This document shows, piece by piece, positions 62,721-64,000 of a DNA stretch of 64,000 nucleotides. The notes beneath the pieces are model-generated. The model was not told the origin of the DNA, searched no databases, and saw only the letters and a list, made by a program, of their open reading frames with translations. This stretch comes from Amoebophrya sp. A120 (Eukaryota > Protista > Dinoflagellata). Location of the stretch: the NCBI GenBank assembly GCA_905178155.1, contig CAJINV010000003.1:6939612-7003611 (forward strand). Direction: 5' to 3'. The position numbers and the translations under genes were made by a program. Numbering within the stretch: position 1 is the first letter of the stretch; each line of letters starts with the position of its first letter.

Positions 62721-64000
62721 TCACCCGTTTTTCGCTTGCGTGTACAAAAATTGATCCTTGATTTCATCGTGTTGTTCACGAGTCGAGACTCTAATCCATG
62801 CATGAAGTCGAGACGTTGCAGATTCGGGCGCCTCACATAATTTGCATTTCTTGCGGAAGGTAGTTTTCCATTTCGTAAGACTAGCGCTCCCAGCTTGTTT
62901 GATAGAGTGCTCTGTGCCGTCTCGAGCACCAGCGTGTATTGACGACAGTGGCGCAAGCCTCTGAGACTCTGGAATTGGGAGGAGTGGAAGCCTATGCATT
63001 GGAAATGTGTAGTCTGGGTCTGGTGGAAGAGTCTGAATCATGTGTGATTTAAGGCGTGGTCGACGCAAAGTTCTGTATATATTGCATGGGTAGCAAAAAC
63101 CACCCACTTTTTTGGGTCACCTGGAGACGACAGCTCCCCGCGGAATCGCGATGGAGGACGTGGACGAGAAGCCTTCTTATATGAAACTTGCGATGTTGCT
63201 ACAGGTCGTACTGCAAACATTCTGTTCTTGGGAATGAAATAGCAAAAGGTGCATATACGAATCTCCGAAATGTTCCAGACCCAGACTAGTGCATATTAAT
63301 ATTTGCCATTGATAAAACCGCATGGCATGAGTGCACAACGGTGGGTCGTGCTCTGGACGGGTGAACAAGCTTATTGCAGCACCGCTGTTCTTCCCTAGTT
63401 TCTGGGACACCTGAAGTGAAATTGTTTCCTCCTTTACAGAGCAGCAGAGGTCCGCGCCGTTGCGGTTGCGGACCTGGATCGCACTGAGTTGTGATTGACT
63501 ACTGCTACAATCCGTGGCGTTTCCTCGTGTTAGTTACGCATTAAGTTCTATCATGGATGAAAATCTAGGCAAGCCGCGGAACCTCAAAATGGAAAACTAG
63601 GCAATTCTTTTTCGCAAAGTACCAGCGTTCCGCCTCCAGAGCCAGAACTGGTCGCCGTGTCGTTAGCAGAGAGAACGAGCGAACCCAGGTAAGGAAACAG
63701 TGGACTCAGCAGCAGGCTGGTGGACTCCAGAAATTCCTGCACAGCTTGGTCGAGTGCTTGGGAGTAAAGCAAGCGATCGACCGGATCCGCAAAGACCGTG
63801 CCTTCGATTAGAGTCGTCACATGATTTCCTGCTGTGGACGACGACGTTGCCAACGTATTATCATGCGACGAGAACGGGTCGTCGAACAGACAGAGTCGCG
63901 ACACATACTTTGCGTCAAACAACAGTTGCAACTGTCGCGGCCCTATCGACGCTGCTGCGGCCGAACTCTTCTTCGCCCATTCCAGCTCCTGTCGAAAAAC
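62721..64000 (-). CDS. Hypothetical multi-exon gene entering from the right edge
   Basis: ORFs 63584..63931, 63177..63410 and 62721..63107; the last two join in frame across introner 62993-63314. Confidence 0.45.
62993..63314. mobile_element. Introner family A, degenerate
   Basis: TATGCATTGGAAAT..GTCTGGGTCTGG ... CCAGACCCAGAC..ATTTGCCATTGATA; DR aagcc/aaacc; MRF|PLLP. Confidence 0.8.

Noticed and set aside
1-64000. Stop-codon readthrough or alternative genetic code to explain broken ORFs
   Set aside because: In the genes I reconstructed, the interrupting stops fall inside TIR elements or introns, and the spliced frames are open in the standard code

Overview
Eukaryotic DNA, most likely from an alveolate or early-branching dinoflagellate. 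The architecture matches what I recall being published for the Syndiniales parasite Amoebophrya; this is an inference, not a database result. Every gene I can recognise lies on the minus strand. The ORF track is fragmented because genes are interrupted by 36 MITE-like 'introner' insertions of 109-612 bp, with terminal inverted repeats (TIRs) typically reading TAT...ATA and a flanking 5-bp direct repeat (DR, perfect in 20 of 36). In every case I translated by hand, removing the element plus one DR copy rejoins the flanking reading frames, usually without any GT-AG register. Doing this turns 1..34663 into one giant gene of at least 9,144 aa with 22 such introns, running off the window edge. It encodes a membrane-anchored adhesin-like protein with PAN/apple, LamG-like, fucolectin-like, WSC and Cys-rich modules. 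The right half carries a Tom7-like gene, a RING/coiled-coil gene, a GT77-like glycosyltransferase, FCF1, ProA, a CS+TPR gene and an AGC kinase. It also has four ordinary GT-AG introns, two ~1-1.3 kb GC-rich inserts bounded by unusually long (56-58 bp) duplications of host sequence, and a 57-bp palindrome.
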